Below the pieces are notes generated by a model, which saw only the letters and a program-made list of their open reading frames with translations, made no database searches and was not told the DNA's origin. From assembly GCA_965153355.1 (NCBI GenBank), contig OZ231126.1, forward strand, positions 42,470,001 to 42,534,000: a stretch of 64,000 nucleotides of DNA. The letters run 5' to 3'. This stretch comes from Flaccisagitta enflata. Taxonomy: Eukaryota. How positions within the stretch are numbered: the stretch's first letter is position 1; the number at the start of each line of letters is the position of its first letter. Below are positions 33,189 to 46,785 of this stretch, piece by piece. Both the position numbers and the translations under genes were made by a program.

Positions 33189-34004
33189 AAGTTGTTGTTC
33201 TTTTTGTTGACTATTTGCAAAGTGACGCAATTCAATTTTTCCCTATGTACAGATATTGATGCGCCTTTTGTTTATAACAGCCCAATCCACCCAATCGCAA
33301 ATAGATTGTCATCATTAATTCATTATACGTAGGATTCCGACACAGTAAAACCCCGCTCTTGCGGATTACAAGGGACTAAAAAATCATATATATCACTCAT
33401 CTGTAAGTGGATTTGTATCAAAGCCGACGTAGGAACATAAGAAAGTTATTGAATTAATGAATTAATTAATGAATTGGGAATTCGCACCTATTATGACAAA
33501 TTATGTCATGTTATGTTATGAACCGGGTCTCATTGAGCGGGCTTAAACTGAACTTCACCAAACAAAAGAAAAATGCTTCTACCTACTGGCTATTGATAGG
33601 GTAAGTCAAGCATGTGCTGTTGAGCTCTGTTGGATCATTTGAATGAACCCAATTTAAATTTACGATGAGAACTATCTGTTGCCGTTGCTGCTTCTCGATT
33701 CTTATTTCAGATTTATTCCTTCCCGAAAATTTCCGTTCTTAATGGCAAACTCCTCAGAAATCATGAAGCTCAATGTTTAATTTTTGCAATAAAAGAATCC
33801 TGCAGGTTTTGTGGATTATGATATTTGTAAATATGTCAGCAGATTGCAAAAGTAATGTCAAAAGTCCATCGATGTCAGTTTATCGGCATGATAGTAAAGA
33901 AATATAAAAGAGACAATCTTTTCTTCAGAAAAGCTCTCTTTTTTTGCGGAAAAAATTCTGTTGTAAAGTCACAGTCAGCTTCTTAGTTCATGCAAATAAC
34001 AATT

Positions 34005-35280
34005 CAGGCATGTGTAAAGTTGAGTATTCCCCCCTTTGGTGGGGGGGGGGGGGATAAAATCAAAGGATTTGGAGTTGGGGAAAAAAATCAAAAGCTAGAA
34101 AAGGTGAAATTTTGTTTTGTTTTGAAGATTTAACACTTTTGGTAGTTCCAGAAGGTGATATATGATTACTACAACACAATTTAACACTAACAGGGTGTGC
34201 AAAATTATCCGCACAAAGCACTTAATTTTCTCAAAAACCGTAGAAGATAAAGATTTATAAAAGCATGAGTGGTAAGTATGAAATAATATACTTTCTAGAA
34301 ATCAAAACTAGAATTCACATAGTCAGTAATAAAACTTTTTAAGTATATTCTACTCTGATAAAGGGTCCCTGAAATATACTTTATCAAAATAATCTGAAAT
34401 TATATTGTTAATTTTTTTGCTCTTTAGGCTTAGTTTATTTGCTTTAGTGAGCTCCATTCATGTTGATATAATTAACCTCCCTGAGCATAATGTGTGCCAA
34501 GCAAAGAATATCATCATTGAGTAGAGTACTAAGCTGCGGCAAACCAAGGAGAAATGGGGTGAAGTAAAAGATGTCGTAATTTTTTAATCGCGTTTGCAAT
34601 ATCAAAAATGATTAAATACAATTAATATTTGATCAATTATCCATCTGAATAACTTGGAAACGCATAATAGTCTGATCCTGTGTCTTTTTTCGCGATGAAA
34701 TTCTAAAGATTTGAAAGAAAATAGAATAGTGCCTTGAAAATCGTCTCCTGAGACTAGATAGAGATTAACTCGCAAAAACACGCCATACCACCTTATAGAT
34801 TAGCTTATGGTGAATTCAAATCTGTCTTCGGAAATGATTTTCAATGTGGCGAAGAATGGCAAGAGAAAAAACTGTGAGCCTTTGCTAAGAACAATTATTG
34901 GGATAATCAATATCATCATGGATTATACAGGCAGGATAAATGCAAACGTTGTTACGTATCTATGGAAACACCTTTTTAGTTGCGGACACACAACTCTATA
35001 AGAGGCTTTGTCTGTCCATCTGTCCGTCCATTTGTCCATTCCTCCGTCCGTCCGTCCATCCGTCCATCAGAGGTCATCAAGTTGTAACGTGGGAAAACGA
35101 GCGTTTTAGATTCTTTTTGAGTTAGATTGAGTGTGGGGGTGTGTTGGGGTGTGGATAGGGGTTGGATGCCCCTGCCCACCCGTCCGCAACGATATCGTGA
35201 CCCCCATAACTTGTTTTCAGTTGCTTGCAAGCAACTCTATAACCCACTATGACCATCGGTCCATCCATGTCTGTCGGCCG

Positions 35281-35356
<76 letters not shown>

Positions 35357-35434
35357 TTGTGTGTGTGCAGTTGTGTGTGTGTGTGTGTGTGTGTGTAGTT
35401 GTGTGTGTGTGTAGTTGTGTGTATGTAGTTGTAT

Positions 35435-35501
<67 letters not shown>

Positions 35502-36316
35502 AAATCAAAAGAGCAATATGGTTGAATCTTTCCTCTAATGTTTTGAGTAAAAAAATAACCTATCAATTTGGCATGAAACTCTGCCATTACTCAAATCTTA
35601 ACACTCATGGTCGGTCTAGGTGCTGCCAGCATCATCACCAGAATCCATATTAGTCATCTGATGGGTTTTAACCGTGAATCTGCTCAGATTGACTCATTGC
35701 AAGACTCGATACAGCTCCATTTTCTTGGAGAAAAAAAGTGCCAGACACTGATTGGCGGATACCACTTATCTATACCACTCCAGGCGTCATGAAATGAGTC
35801 ATAAGTGTCCTTTAGGGCTGTAATCAGTGTGACCCATGTAACTACGAGCCGATCGATATGCGGGAAGCCATATTCTGACATTTTAGCTGATCTCGTATTA
35901 TTACCCTACATTGAGTAGTCACAACTACAAAAATCTATGATATTGTTACCTATTTTGCCTATGAAATAAAATTCTGTCAATATCAAAATCTTTGCTTCAA
36001 ATCATTTGACTACCATAGTTACAGAGGTTACAGAAAATACCTGCAATCACTTTTAGCTTCTAGTATGACTAACTGGGGTAATCTGGTCCAAATTTCATGA
36101 TGCTGGGTCATTTTTCAGTATAGTTTTCTTTCTATGAAGCAAATGCGGATAATTTTGCACACCCTGTTATTTAAAGCTATAATATACTGTTTTATTGCTT
36201 AATGGGGAAGAAAATCATAGATTTTGTAATGCGACGCAATGCGCTGTGGCGAAGAAAATCAAAGGCAGGGGGGGGGGGGAATAAAATCAAAAGCCACTCA
36301 ACTATATACACCCCGG
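34005..36316. mobile_element. hAT-like MITE carrying nested insertions
   Basis: Imperfect TIRs CAGGCATGTGTAAAGTTGAGT / ACTCAACTATATACACCCCGG, 8-bp TSD TAACAATT / TAACAATA. Confidence 0.7.
34190..36167. mobile_element. DNA transposon derivative with TA flanks (Tc1/mariner-like ends)
   Basis: TIR ACAGGGTGTGCAAAATTATCCGCA / TGCGGATAATTTTGCACACCCTGT. Contains a family A element at ~34973-35205 and (TG)n. Confidence 0.8.
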
Positions 36317-36436
36317 TAACAATATCATTCATTTGTCATTTGCTTTGAAAGCAAGTTACAAGCAAGATCATAAACGCAAAATCAGGCTGAATGATGAAAA
36401 TGAAAAAAAAAAGATGATACGATTATGAAATCGAGA

Positions 36437-37265
36437 TTAAGTCCTTTCTGACGCGTCTTCCTGTTTCTTCTCCACTCGCCAACCGGCGAGGTAACCAACC
36501 GAGGAAAATCCCAGAGCAATAAGTAGCAACAGATGGAACCAGAAATGCATCTTGTCCGTGTCATAAAACCAACAATTGCCCGATTCTGTGTCGGGGTTGA
36601 CCCAAGACATACAAGCCAAATCGATGATCACGCCCAAGATTGTAGATGACAACACATCTCCGAATATGCTGGCTGTAATGAGAGTGATAAAAAAGAAAAG
36701 AAAATTTGTGCAACATGATTTGAATGCAACAAAAGGGGGAGATCAAGGCTGGATACACAGCTACCCTCTTCGTGTGCGGTTGGACAGGGGCAGTAGAAAA
36801 AAAATGACCAATTATACAGGTCAGGAGTGGTGGTGCAAATAGAGCCTTTGATTTCCCAAAAAGAAAGTTTTGATAAACATAAGGAACGATAAACCATCTA
36901 ACCAATCATCCAACCAACCAACCAACCAACCAACCAACCACCCAATAAACCAACCAACCAGCTGACTAACAACATATTGAATCCCGGAGAACAAAACAAA
37001 AATAATAGCTTGTAAAGGAAAGGAAAATAATATAGGGAATGCTTAACACTCACTGTAAGTAGAACTTGTCTTACCGATCATGGATCGAAGTCCTAATGCT
37101 AGTGTCTTATTGGCTTCTGAAACAGATCTCATACAAATGGCCATCATATAAACGCGTCCAAAGGATGATGTGAACCTCATGGCAATGACAAGTGCCACGT
37201 AGACAGTTCCAGCGATACATGAAGAAGATGGACAGAATCCATCTCTTGCCCATCCTGGAAGAGAA

Positions 37266-37312
<47 letters not shown>

Positions 37313-40300
37313 CGAAGACAGACAGAGAATGTATAGAATGTATAGAATTAAACATCGAAAATAAAAGAGTGATGATCATAAGTTGGAGATGTCAAGGTCG
37401 CGTATTAATGGACAATCGTCAACTTTTCAAGAATACCTTCTCCGGAAATGCACGAGCAATTGTTGAAAATAACATCCCCGACATCCATTGAAGTCATCCC
37501 GGTGCATCCAGCAGTGCATGGGGAATAAAATTGCTCATCGTTGTACCCACAAATGGGCTGGAAAGGAGTTTGGCATCCACATGTTGAGCTACAATTAGCC
37601 GATAATATCTGGATTGAAACAACGATACGTTAGTCATCGCCCACATAACCACAACAGAATTAGTACATCTGTAATTTTGTCGATGCTGGGATTTGGGTTT
37701 CGAGGCCTGAGGGGGAAGGGAGGTAGAAGGGGGAGGAGGAGAAATTTCCCCATATGTGAAAACAGCATCGACACCCAATTCCCAGCATCGAGGCCTCAAG
37801 GCCCAAATACCAGCGTCAAAGCCTAAATCTAAGCCTCAAGCACAAAATCTAGCTCAAGGCCCAAATCCCAGCCCCTAAGCCCAAATCCCAAATGAGAAAT
37901 TCTCCCAAACGAGAAATTCTCCCAAATGAGAAATTCTCAATGTGTCAAAGCATAGGTCATCAGCCCCTTTGGGGCCGCTGCTCTGCCCCAACCCTCAACT
38001 TTAATCAAAACACAACTACAGGCACTGTCATTTTTTACCTTTTGTCTTTTCTTGTCTGTCATCTTTTGTCTTCTTAGGTTATTGTCAATCAGGACATTAG
38101 TAAAATGTCAATCGTCAGACGTGACTTATTTTTCCGCTTTGTCTCTTTGATTTGTCAGACAGCGTAACTAGACAGTGAGGGTTTACAAGGCCCTCCTCCA
38201 TGTTTGTCAGTTTGGGTATAGTGAAGGATATTGTTTTACTTGTCATACGTTTGATGTTGAATGCCTAGATGTTTTAAGTAATCGTTTGTTTCCGCGTGAT
38301 CATGTCTTAAAATGAATTTGGCAAACAAAGAGGGAAAAAACCTGAAGTTGTGGAAGGCCCGTCTTTGGACCAGGCGATATCTCCAGGGAGGGAATTTCAA
38401 TTTTTGCACATTTTGTGAATATCATAATGAACATGAATACAAATTGCATAAAATGCAGGATGAACTGTATGAGGAGCATTTCTGCCGGCGAAAAGTTGAA
38501 TCTAAAAGAAAGAAAGTAGCTGATTGTTTGGATGATTTCCAGGTCTTATCTAAAAGCGATCCCGCGATTCCGATGCTCAAAGATAGCAGTGCTATCTAAT
38601 GATCTATAAAAACCAACGATCAATTTTCATATATAAACGATTTGAAAATTGGGCAAATTTGTTAACATTAATGGCCTCAGTGATTCGCAACATTATGTCG
38701 GGGGGAGAGGACGAGTCGGGGGGGGGTAATAAATCACTGAAAAAGGCCCGATGAGTCCATCATGGTACTGGCCATAAAAAAATCCATCTCGCCTTTTAGA
38801 AATATATCCGCCGACGATGATGGAGAGGGCCACTCCTAACGCAACACCACTGAGGGTCTCATTGGCATTGGTAGGGTCTTTTTGAAATTGGACTGAGAGA
38901 ATTTTCATGAGGAAATAATCAAATCCAACGAATGCAAATGCGGCAAAAGAGGAGGATAGCAGCACCAACACGTACGTCTTGGAGCTGTAAGAAACAAATA
39001 AATGATCCTCTTGGTAAATCGTTTGCGCCTGCATGGGACAACGCTGACGTGAAGGCATTTGGGGAAAAAGGGCTTGTTTTACAACAGAGCCAAATTACTT
39101 CACTTTGCTTATTTAACTGGGATATACTGATACGAATATGATTTTGTAGTTAAATAACAGAACACTCAGAATTTTAATATGCATGGACACGCCTCCATTC
39201 AGCTGTGAAACAATATTGATTTTACCACATGTGCAATGACTTTTCTGCGCACTGGTACTCTTCTTTCTCATTACCAGTGCAATGATTCCTGATGAAACGA
39301 GGCCGAGTAGGCCAACGATGGGTCTTGAATGGAATAATAAATGAATGAATGATCGGATGAATAAATGAATGAATGATCGGATGAATAAATGAATGAATGA
39401 ATGAATGAATGATTGAATGAATGATTGAATGAATGAATGAATGAAGGAGTAGAGAAATAATTATATGAATGAATGAATGAATGAATGAATGAATGAATGA
39501 ATGAATGAATGAATGAATGAATGAATGAATAATGAATGAATGAATGAATGAATGAATGAATGAATGAATGAATGAATGAATGAATGGATGAATTTGTGGA
39601 GCCGTACGTTCTTTCAGGAATGGAGACTGGTGATGGATATAAATGTTTTCCTTGGTTTCCTTAAAAGCATGACACAAAAGTATGACATAAAGCGTGATAC
39701 AAAAGCGTAAGAGACAGACGGACATGATCTCATATAGAGATGCAAGGACGCATCTATTTAACGTAATAGCGCGAACGACTATCCCACCACCGTGCAAACC
39801 TGAAGACATTCTTCAAAGCCGCGCAGAAACCACCAAACTTGTTCGTTGAACCCACTTTCCCGCTTCTTATGGGTTCGTCCTCCGTAACTTTCAACGGCTC
39901 TTTCTCGTTTTGAGCGGCTCTCGCTGCAGCGTATCGGCGCATTTGGGCTCTGGTTGGATAACAGGCGATGACGGTAGAGACGGAAATGGCCACAAATCCA
40001 ACAGTCGGGAACATCAGCCACCAATTGCCGATCCATCGCGCGTCCGAAGGTCCGTAAGCCGGAGTGGAGAAATCGTAATGGATTTTGAGGAGGTAACCGG
40101 CTGAGTGGAAAATGGGAAAAAGCAGGATCAAGGATAATGGATTCTATAACGTATTGAATAACTTGCTTGTTTTTTTTTATCCATTCACAGAAAAAAAAGC
40201 ATTTTGAGTAAGAATATCGTTTGAACTAAACTGTTTATTTCTTATTGCATGACATGATTGCAAAATATGTGAAATAAAAGTTGCAAATGATATTTGTTGT

Positions 40301-42113
40301 GTAGTGAGCCATATTGAGATCACATTTTTCATCTTGTTGCTTGTTGTGCTAAATTTCTATCTCCCTAATTTTTCAATCTGTGTGATAACAGATGAACCTT
40401 AATTGATTGTTGGTAAATATTGCATCAGGAACTGGGTGGTGGGTTGGAGGCGACATATTGATATGATAAATCATCGCGCAATGTTGTTGGAACAGTAAAA
40501 ATTACAAGAAAAAATATCAACTCGTTCTATACCCAAAGCGAATCCAGGGATTGGTCCGAGGAAGAAAGACGCCGTTGGCAGAGACAACATGAAAGCCGAT
40601 GCAGATGCAGGAACGTGATCGTCGATGTGAGTCAACGCGATGCTGAATTGTGGACAGAATCCACCACCGTACAAGAACAAGAACAAACAGTACCACACGT
40701 AAGGAACGAAGTTGTCGTAAGCCTAGATAAGAACAAAAAACAAACCATGTAAGTTGTATGATATAACTCGTATGATGTTAGGTTATAGAATGCCTAGATA
40801 GGAACAGGAACCGTGCAACACATACACCACGGTTAAGCAGCGATGGTGATGATGGCGGATGATAGAAATGTTTCCTAAAATTACTTCCCAAAATTAGTTA
40901 TCTAAATTTCGCCCGCTGAATACTATGGTAATGTGGCGTACATGTTTCTGTCATAGTATCTTACATGTAAACCAATTCATATGGCATGGAACTCGCTGGG
41001 CAACGTCTTTTTTGTCAATGTATTTGGCCTTTCATCCTTAGCCCATTGTCAAGAAACTGGTTGGCTCGTTGTTCATCATTCCCCCCGTCTAAATATCTTT
41101 ATGGCCCCTGCTCTCTTAACCCCCTTTATCAATTAACATACCGCCGGATTATTCCCGTTAGGATCGAGCACATCATCGGTCAACTTGGTAGCATTGTCCT
41201 GTCGCATGCAAAGAGCGTAAGAAGTAGAAGTGGAAGCGTTTAGGTTCAGTTCGGCGCCTCCTCCATTCCCTTCAGCGCCCACGTCCATCGGGGCCGTGTA
41301 CCAAAAGGCCATCAACATAGGAATAAAGTTTGAAACTTCGACGATGTACTGCCCAAACGCGTACAAATATGGCTTGTACAAACGATCGCCGAAGTACGAC
41401 CACACAGGTTGAATTCCTAATATATCAAGTTTATTCACATGAGAAAAATCATGTAGCACAAATAACAAAAAAGAAAAACAAGAATCAGGCAAATAGAGTC
41501 AATGAGATGACATTTGTCAAGATGAATTTCATTGAGAAATATTGAACAGCGGGCACTGAGCAACACTAAGCATGAATTTAGACGTTCGTTTTTCTAGCAA
41601 CTCTTCCCACGTTGGACGTTTCAGCGAATGTTGCAAGTCAGTGACAGATTCCCAGTCGCGATAGCCAAAAACACGTCTGAAAATCGAGTTGTAAGCAACT
41701 CTGAGTCTGCGACGTTCGTCTCTATCCACTACTAATATGAAAGAAACGTGGATGAAAAATGTTGGTCTTGATTTTTTTTTTGGTGACTAATCTCTCGTAT
41801 TTTCTGTAACTCCACGTTTTTACTTGCGGACACGCAACTCTATAAGAGGCTTTGTCCGTCCGTCGGTCCGTCCGGGGTCATCGAGTTAAAAAGTGGGAAA
41901 ATGGGCATTTCCCTGCCCACCCGCCCGAAACTGGTATTGGCCTTGTATCCGGCCTTGTTGTTTGCCTGACTACTTATTTGTCTGCCTGTTTGTTTTTCTG
42001 TAGCAGATCTGTTTGTCTGGTTGTCCGACTGATTGTTTTACCGTCGGTCTGTCCGCCTTTTTTTCAGTCTGCATATTTGTGTGTCTGCCTTTATCTGTGT
42101 CCGTCGGTCTCTG

Positions 42114-42191
<78 letters not shown>

Positions 42192-42539
42192 ACCTGCAAA
42201 ACCGACGACAAACATAGAATTTGCGATGCCCATTTGTGTTGAGGAGAATTGAAAGGCTTTTTCAATGGTCGTAATTCCTCCAAAAAACGCTGCGGTGGTC
42301 ATGCCTTGGCAAAACGCGACCACGCACAGAAAACCCGTGTACACCATGATGTACCTGAATGACGATATTGATGAGGCAATTGATTTGTTACAAATTGTTC
42401 ATACATATCGGCAGAATTGACACTGAAACCATAAAAACTTAATGAACCTGGGAATGCCTTCGGTGGTTTTGGTTTTATCGGTATTTACAGAAGCCGGATT
42501 GATGAAGTCCGCTCTTTCATTCGGTGTTGATTCCTTCAT
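36437..42539 (-). CDS. Organic anion transporting polypeptide (OATP/SLCO family), 652 aa, 10 coding exons
   Basis: Exons 42539-42448, 42354-42194, 41416-41142, 40722-40533, 40100-39800, 38984-38793, 38501-38342, 37608-37437, 37254-37075, 36672-36437 (1959 nt, phases consistent, one GC donor). Motifs ITTIEKAF, HIDDHV, DARWIGNWW, Kazal-like PICG...YSPCTAGC...NCSC, KTLALG, GVIIDLACMSW...GNCWFYD. Subfamily not assignable by eye. Confidence 0.92.
41529..41730 (-). mobile_element. Short 3' fragment of an L2/CR1-group LINE ORF2
   Basis: RLRVAYNSIFRRVFGYRDWESVTDLQ...PTWEEL resembles LINE ORF2 C-termini. Located in SLCO intron 2. Confidence 0.55.
41817..41960 (+). mobile_element. Short HINE/DINE-like element, family A
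   Basis: TTTTTACTTGCGGACACGCAACTCTATAAG...(GTCC)n...CCCTGCCCACCCG...TGTATCCGGCCTTGTT. Confidence 0.7.
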
Positions 42540-44478
42540 TTTTCTTTTTTGACAATGAAGAAATGGCGAAAAGTACTTTTTGGTCGCTGGCTAAGCGACT
42601 CGATAAGGGGCTGTGTAGGAAGTAAGGTAGGGAGGCAACGCGAAATTTTGAATTATACGCGAAATCGGCTGAATAAAGGATTTATAAGCATTATGGCCCC
42701 TGCCCAGTCATATTACGGCTCCCGTCCACCCAAATACTGCCCCTGCCCACCGCATTACCACCCCTTCCCACCCGCCAGCGACTACTTATCGGCCTTGCTA
42801 GATTATAAGCTCACAAACGGGCAGTTTCTTCGGAATTCCTCGTAAATGGCAAAATCTTCAAATATTTCATGAAAAAAAAAAAAAGAAAGAAAAAGAAACA
42901 GAAACAAAAAATCGTTTCATGCGATCGTTTTGATTGCTTTCTCTTTGTTACATCAGAATCATTATTTGATTTTAGTATATATTTCCATGAAATTGTGATC
43001 ATGAGTCATGACAAATCCTAGCGTTTTAGACAAGTATTATGCGGTATCTTACACCACGTAATCTGTAGTAGAAAAACGTGAGATTGATACCCGAGCAATG
43101 CCCGAGCAATACCCGAATTTGCTGATCGATAACACGAAGAGATAAGAATCAGCCATAAAATTCAAAACTGGATTACTTTGAATATTCATGCCCAAGTACT
43201 TGATCTGCGAGACAAAGGCAATTTCGGAGCTGTATAGGTGTTTGATCTTATCCAAATCATAAGGCTGTTTTACTAATTATGAGTTACCATTTTCTGTAAA
43301 GCCGATCTAGTCGGGGCAATAAGGCAAATGTCTTTGGCGAAAACTAAAATTGCTAAACATATATCACACTTCGAAAGACTTCGGAAGAAGCCTCATGAAA
43401 ATACCATGTTATGAGACTTTGCATGGAGTTCATAAACACTATGGAGGAGGTCGGAAAAATAGGGGCAAAAAAATTCGTATTGTAGGAGTACAGTAAATGC
43501 CACTTAAAGTCAATGCACAAATTGTATCACTTTTGGTAAAATCTAACTGATTCTGATTGTTTCATTACCTACAAGTGCTTCTTTCCCAATGCCTTACTTG
43601 TCCTTAAAATGCCCCAGAGTACTGACAGACTAGACCTAGTTGTCCTACAGTTGTCCCAGACTTGTCCTTAAGTTGTCCTAAAAGTGTAAGTAACTTACTC
43701 TAAGATATCAAGAAAACCCCTTTTCAACCAAAAGTTTTTATGAAAAATGTTTATTGTTTTTATCAGAATTGTCTGGAATTGTCCAAGAGATATTCTAGAG
43801 TTTTCCTAAAATTGTCCTTGAATTGTCCCAGTTGTCCTAAACTGGTCCCGGTGTTGTCCTAATTACCCTGAGGTTGAACATGTTGTCATAAAGTTATTCC
43901 AGAGTTTCCCCAGATTTGCTCAAGACTTAAAACAGTTTTTTTACAGTTGTGTAAGAGTTGTCCTAGAGATGGCCTAAAATTGTCAAACAGCTGTCCAAAA
44001 GTTTTTAGGTGTGATAAAGCACCTCTCCAACTGGCAATGTTCATTGGTTGGTTGGTTGGTTGGTCGGATGGTAACATTTGTTTGCAATCCACACATTGTA
44101 CCTTATTTGCCTATTTTGCCTTGTTCTTCTGATTATTCAAGAGTTGCTTGAAAGTTCACAGATCCGTTTATGTAAACATGAAAATGTTCAGTACTTGTTC
44201 CACCTTATGTCAGCCTTCTCAAGCCTCAAATATGGTCTCTTAGACCCCCAGTTCCAAATCAGCCTTTTGGGCAGCGGCCCCAATAGGAACACAGTTGTGA
44301 AGAACACGGGGGGACTTTCGTTCGTCTATCTTTTTATCGATTGACCATCCATCCCCCCATTCAGCCTCTCAGGCCTCAAATCCAGTCTGTCACGCCTCAA
44401 ATCTGGCCTCTCAGGCCTCAATTAGGGCCTCTCAGGCCTCAAATTGGGCCTATCAGGCTTTAAATTAGGCCTCTCAGG

Positions 44479-45341
44479 CAAGGTCCTTCATGTCGGAAGA
44501 TCAAATCCAAGGTACAAGTACTACTTGAATGGAGAGGAAGTCGAGGAGGTTAAGGAAGAAAAAGATCTTGGAGTGTACATTGAAGACACGTTAAAGCCAA
44601 CCAAGCAGTGCACGGCGGCGGCAAAAGCGGCTAACTTCACACTCGGGCAGATTCAAAGAGCATTTCACTACAGAAAGAAAGAATATCTCGTACCACTATA
44701 CAAGACATTTGTGAGACCCAAATTGGAACATGCAGTTGCGGCATGGTCTCCTTGGCTGGAATCTGACGTAAAGAGCCTAGAAAAAATTCAGGAACGGCTT
44801 GTCAGAATGCTCTCGGATGTGAAAGGAGAAAGCTATGAGGATAAGCTCAAGGACGCAGGTCTGACCACATTGAAAGAACGGCGAGAACGAGGGGATGCTA
44901 TTCAGACTTTCAAGGTCCTCAAAGGCTTCAGCAATGTTGATGCGACTAAATGGTTCCAAGCGATCCCTGAAGACGCGAGACCCACAAGAGCGACGGCGAC
45001 GGTCGACGGCGGTAGAGCGGTGAAGAAAGAGTCAGTCCTGGTGGTGGAAAGGGCTAGACTGGAGACTCGACGCAATTTTTTCGCAATCCGAGCTGCAAAA
45101 AAATGGAACAAATTACCGGAAATAGTTAAGACTTGCACATCCATCAACGCATTTAAGAATGCGTACGATAAATGGAGGAAATCCGAACCCATGACAGAGG
45201 GCAATTACAGCAACTGCGACGAAAATCATGACATCGAGATCATATGATGGAACATTGTCCCGACAATGACGAAACAATGTCTCCGCTATGTCGGCATAAG
45301 CTGACCTAGGAGATCTATTCGCTATTCTATTCTATTCTATT
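44479..45341 (+). mobile_element. 5'-truncated CR1 LINE
   Basis: Uninterrupted ORF to 45247 with KVLHVG, EKDLGV, LYKTFVRPKLE...WSP, LTTLKERRERGD, RRNFF...WNKLP. (CTATT)n tail. Inserted in the 21-bp array of a family B element. Confidence 0.92.
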
Positions 45342-45654
45342 AAATAGGGCCTCTCCAGCCTCAAATTAGGCCTCTCAAGTTTTAAACTAGGCCTCTATTT
45401 AGGTCTCAGGCCTCAAATCAGTCCTTATGGCCTTTCTAGCCTCAGGAAAGCTTAAGATTCTTGAAGGCCTTCAATCAACCCTCTATACTATCTCAACTTT
45501 TTCAGGTTTTACAGGACTTTGTCCCCTTTGTAGTTGTTTTGAGAGAAAACTTTTTTTTGGGTTAAGCCTGTCAAAATAGGCTAGATATTCTGTAGAAATA
45601 AACAAGTTTTTCACCCGCACCCTGCCTAAGTATATTGTGCTTGAAGTTTAAGGG

Positions 45655-46785
45655 GGAGCAGACAGCGGTCCCAAAGGGGTCAATGACCTATGCTTTCACA
45701 CATATGGGGAATTTTTTCCTTCTCCTCCGTCCCTCCCCTCTCGGATCCCAGTCTTGAAGCCCAAATCCCAGTCTGGAGGCTCAAATCCCAGCCTTGAGGC
45801 CCAAATCCTAGCCTCAAGGCCTAAATCCTAGCCTAGAGGCCCAAATCTTAGCCTTGAGGTTGGGATCTTGGCCTCTTGGCTAGCATTAAAACCTCGGGGC
45901 TGAAATTTTGGCTTCATGGCTGGGATCTGGCCTCCAGGCTAAGATTTGGCCTCAAGACTGAGAATTGAGCCTTAAGACTGAGATTTGGGCCTCAAGACTA
46001 GAATTTGGGCCTCGAGACTGGGATCTGAGGGGGATGTAGAAAATGAAGAAAAGTCGCAAAAGTGTAAGATGGTCAGTGGTACCCGTGCCCTCCCTGAATA
46101 GGTTTTGATTAAAATTGAGGGAGGGAGCAGGGCAGTGGTCCCTAAAGGGCCGATGTCCTATGCTTTCTCACATGAGGAAATTGATCCTTCTCCTCCTAGT
46201 GGTTGGGATTGGGCATTTGAGCTTAGATTTAGGCCTTTTGGTAGGGGTATTGGGTGTCAGGGCTGGATTTTGTTCTTGAAGTTAGGATTTGAGCTTTGAG
46301 GCTGGGATTTAGGCCTTAAGGTCGGTATTTGGGCCTCAAGCCTGGATTTTGTACTTTAACCTGGGATTCAAACTTTGAGGCTGGGATTTGGCCCTCAAGG
46401 CTAGGATTTTGTCCTTGAGACTGGGATATGGGCCTGGAATCTAAAGTTTGGGCAGAATTAGGTAGAAGTCAATAAAATTTGACAGGATTTGGCAGAATTT
46501 GACAGGATTTGGCAGAATTTGGCAGAATTTTTTTCTGAATTTGATAGAATTTGGTCAAATTTGCTCAAATTTGCTCAAATTTGCTCAAATTTGCTGAACT
46601 TGATGGAGTTTGGGTCTTGAGTCTGGGGGGGGGGTAGATGTAGAAGAAGGAGAAGGAGAAATTTCCTGATGTGCGAAAGCATAGGTCATTGACCCCTTTG
46701 GGGCCGCTGCCTAAAAGGAGAAGGAGAAAATTCCCTATATGTGTGAAAGCATAGGTCATCGACACCTTCGATGCCGCTGCCCAAA
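45655..46785. mobile_element. Cluster of family B elements
   Basis: Repeated GACCTATGCTTTC / GAAAGCATAGGTCAT ends, 21-bp arrays and a 10-bp GCAGAATTTG array. Confidence 0.7.
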
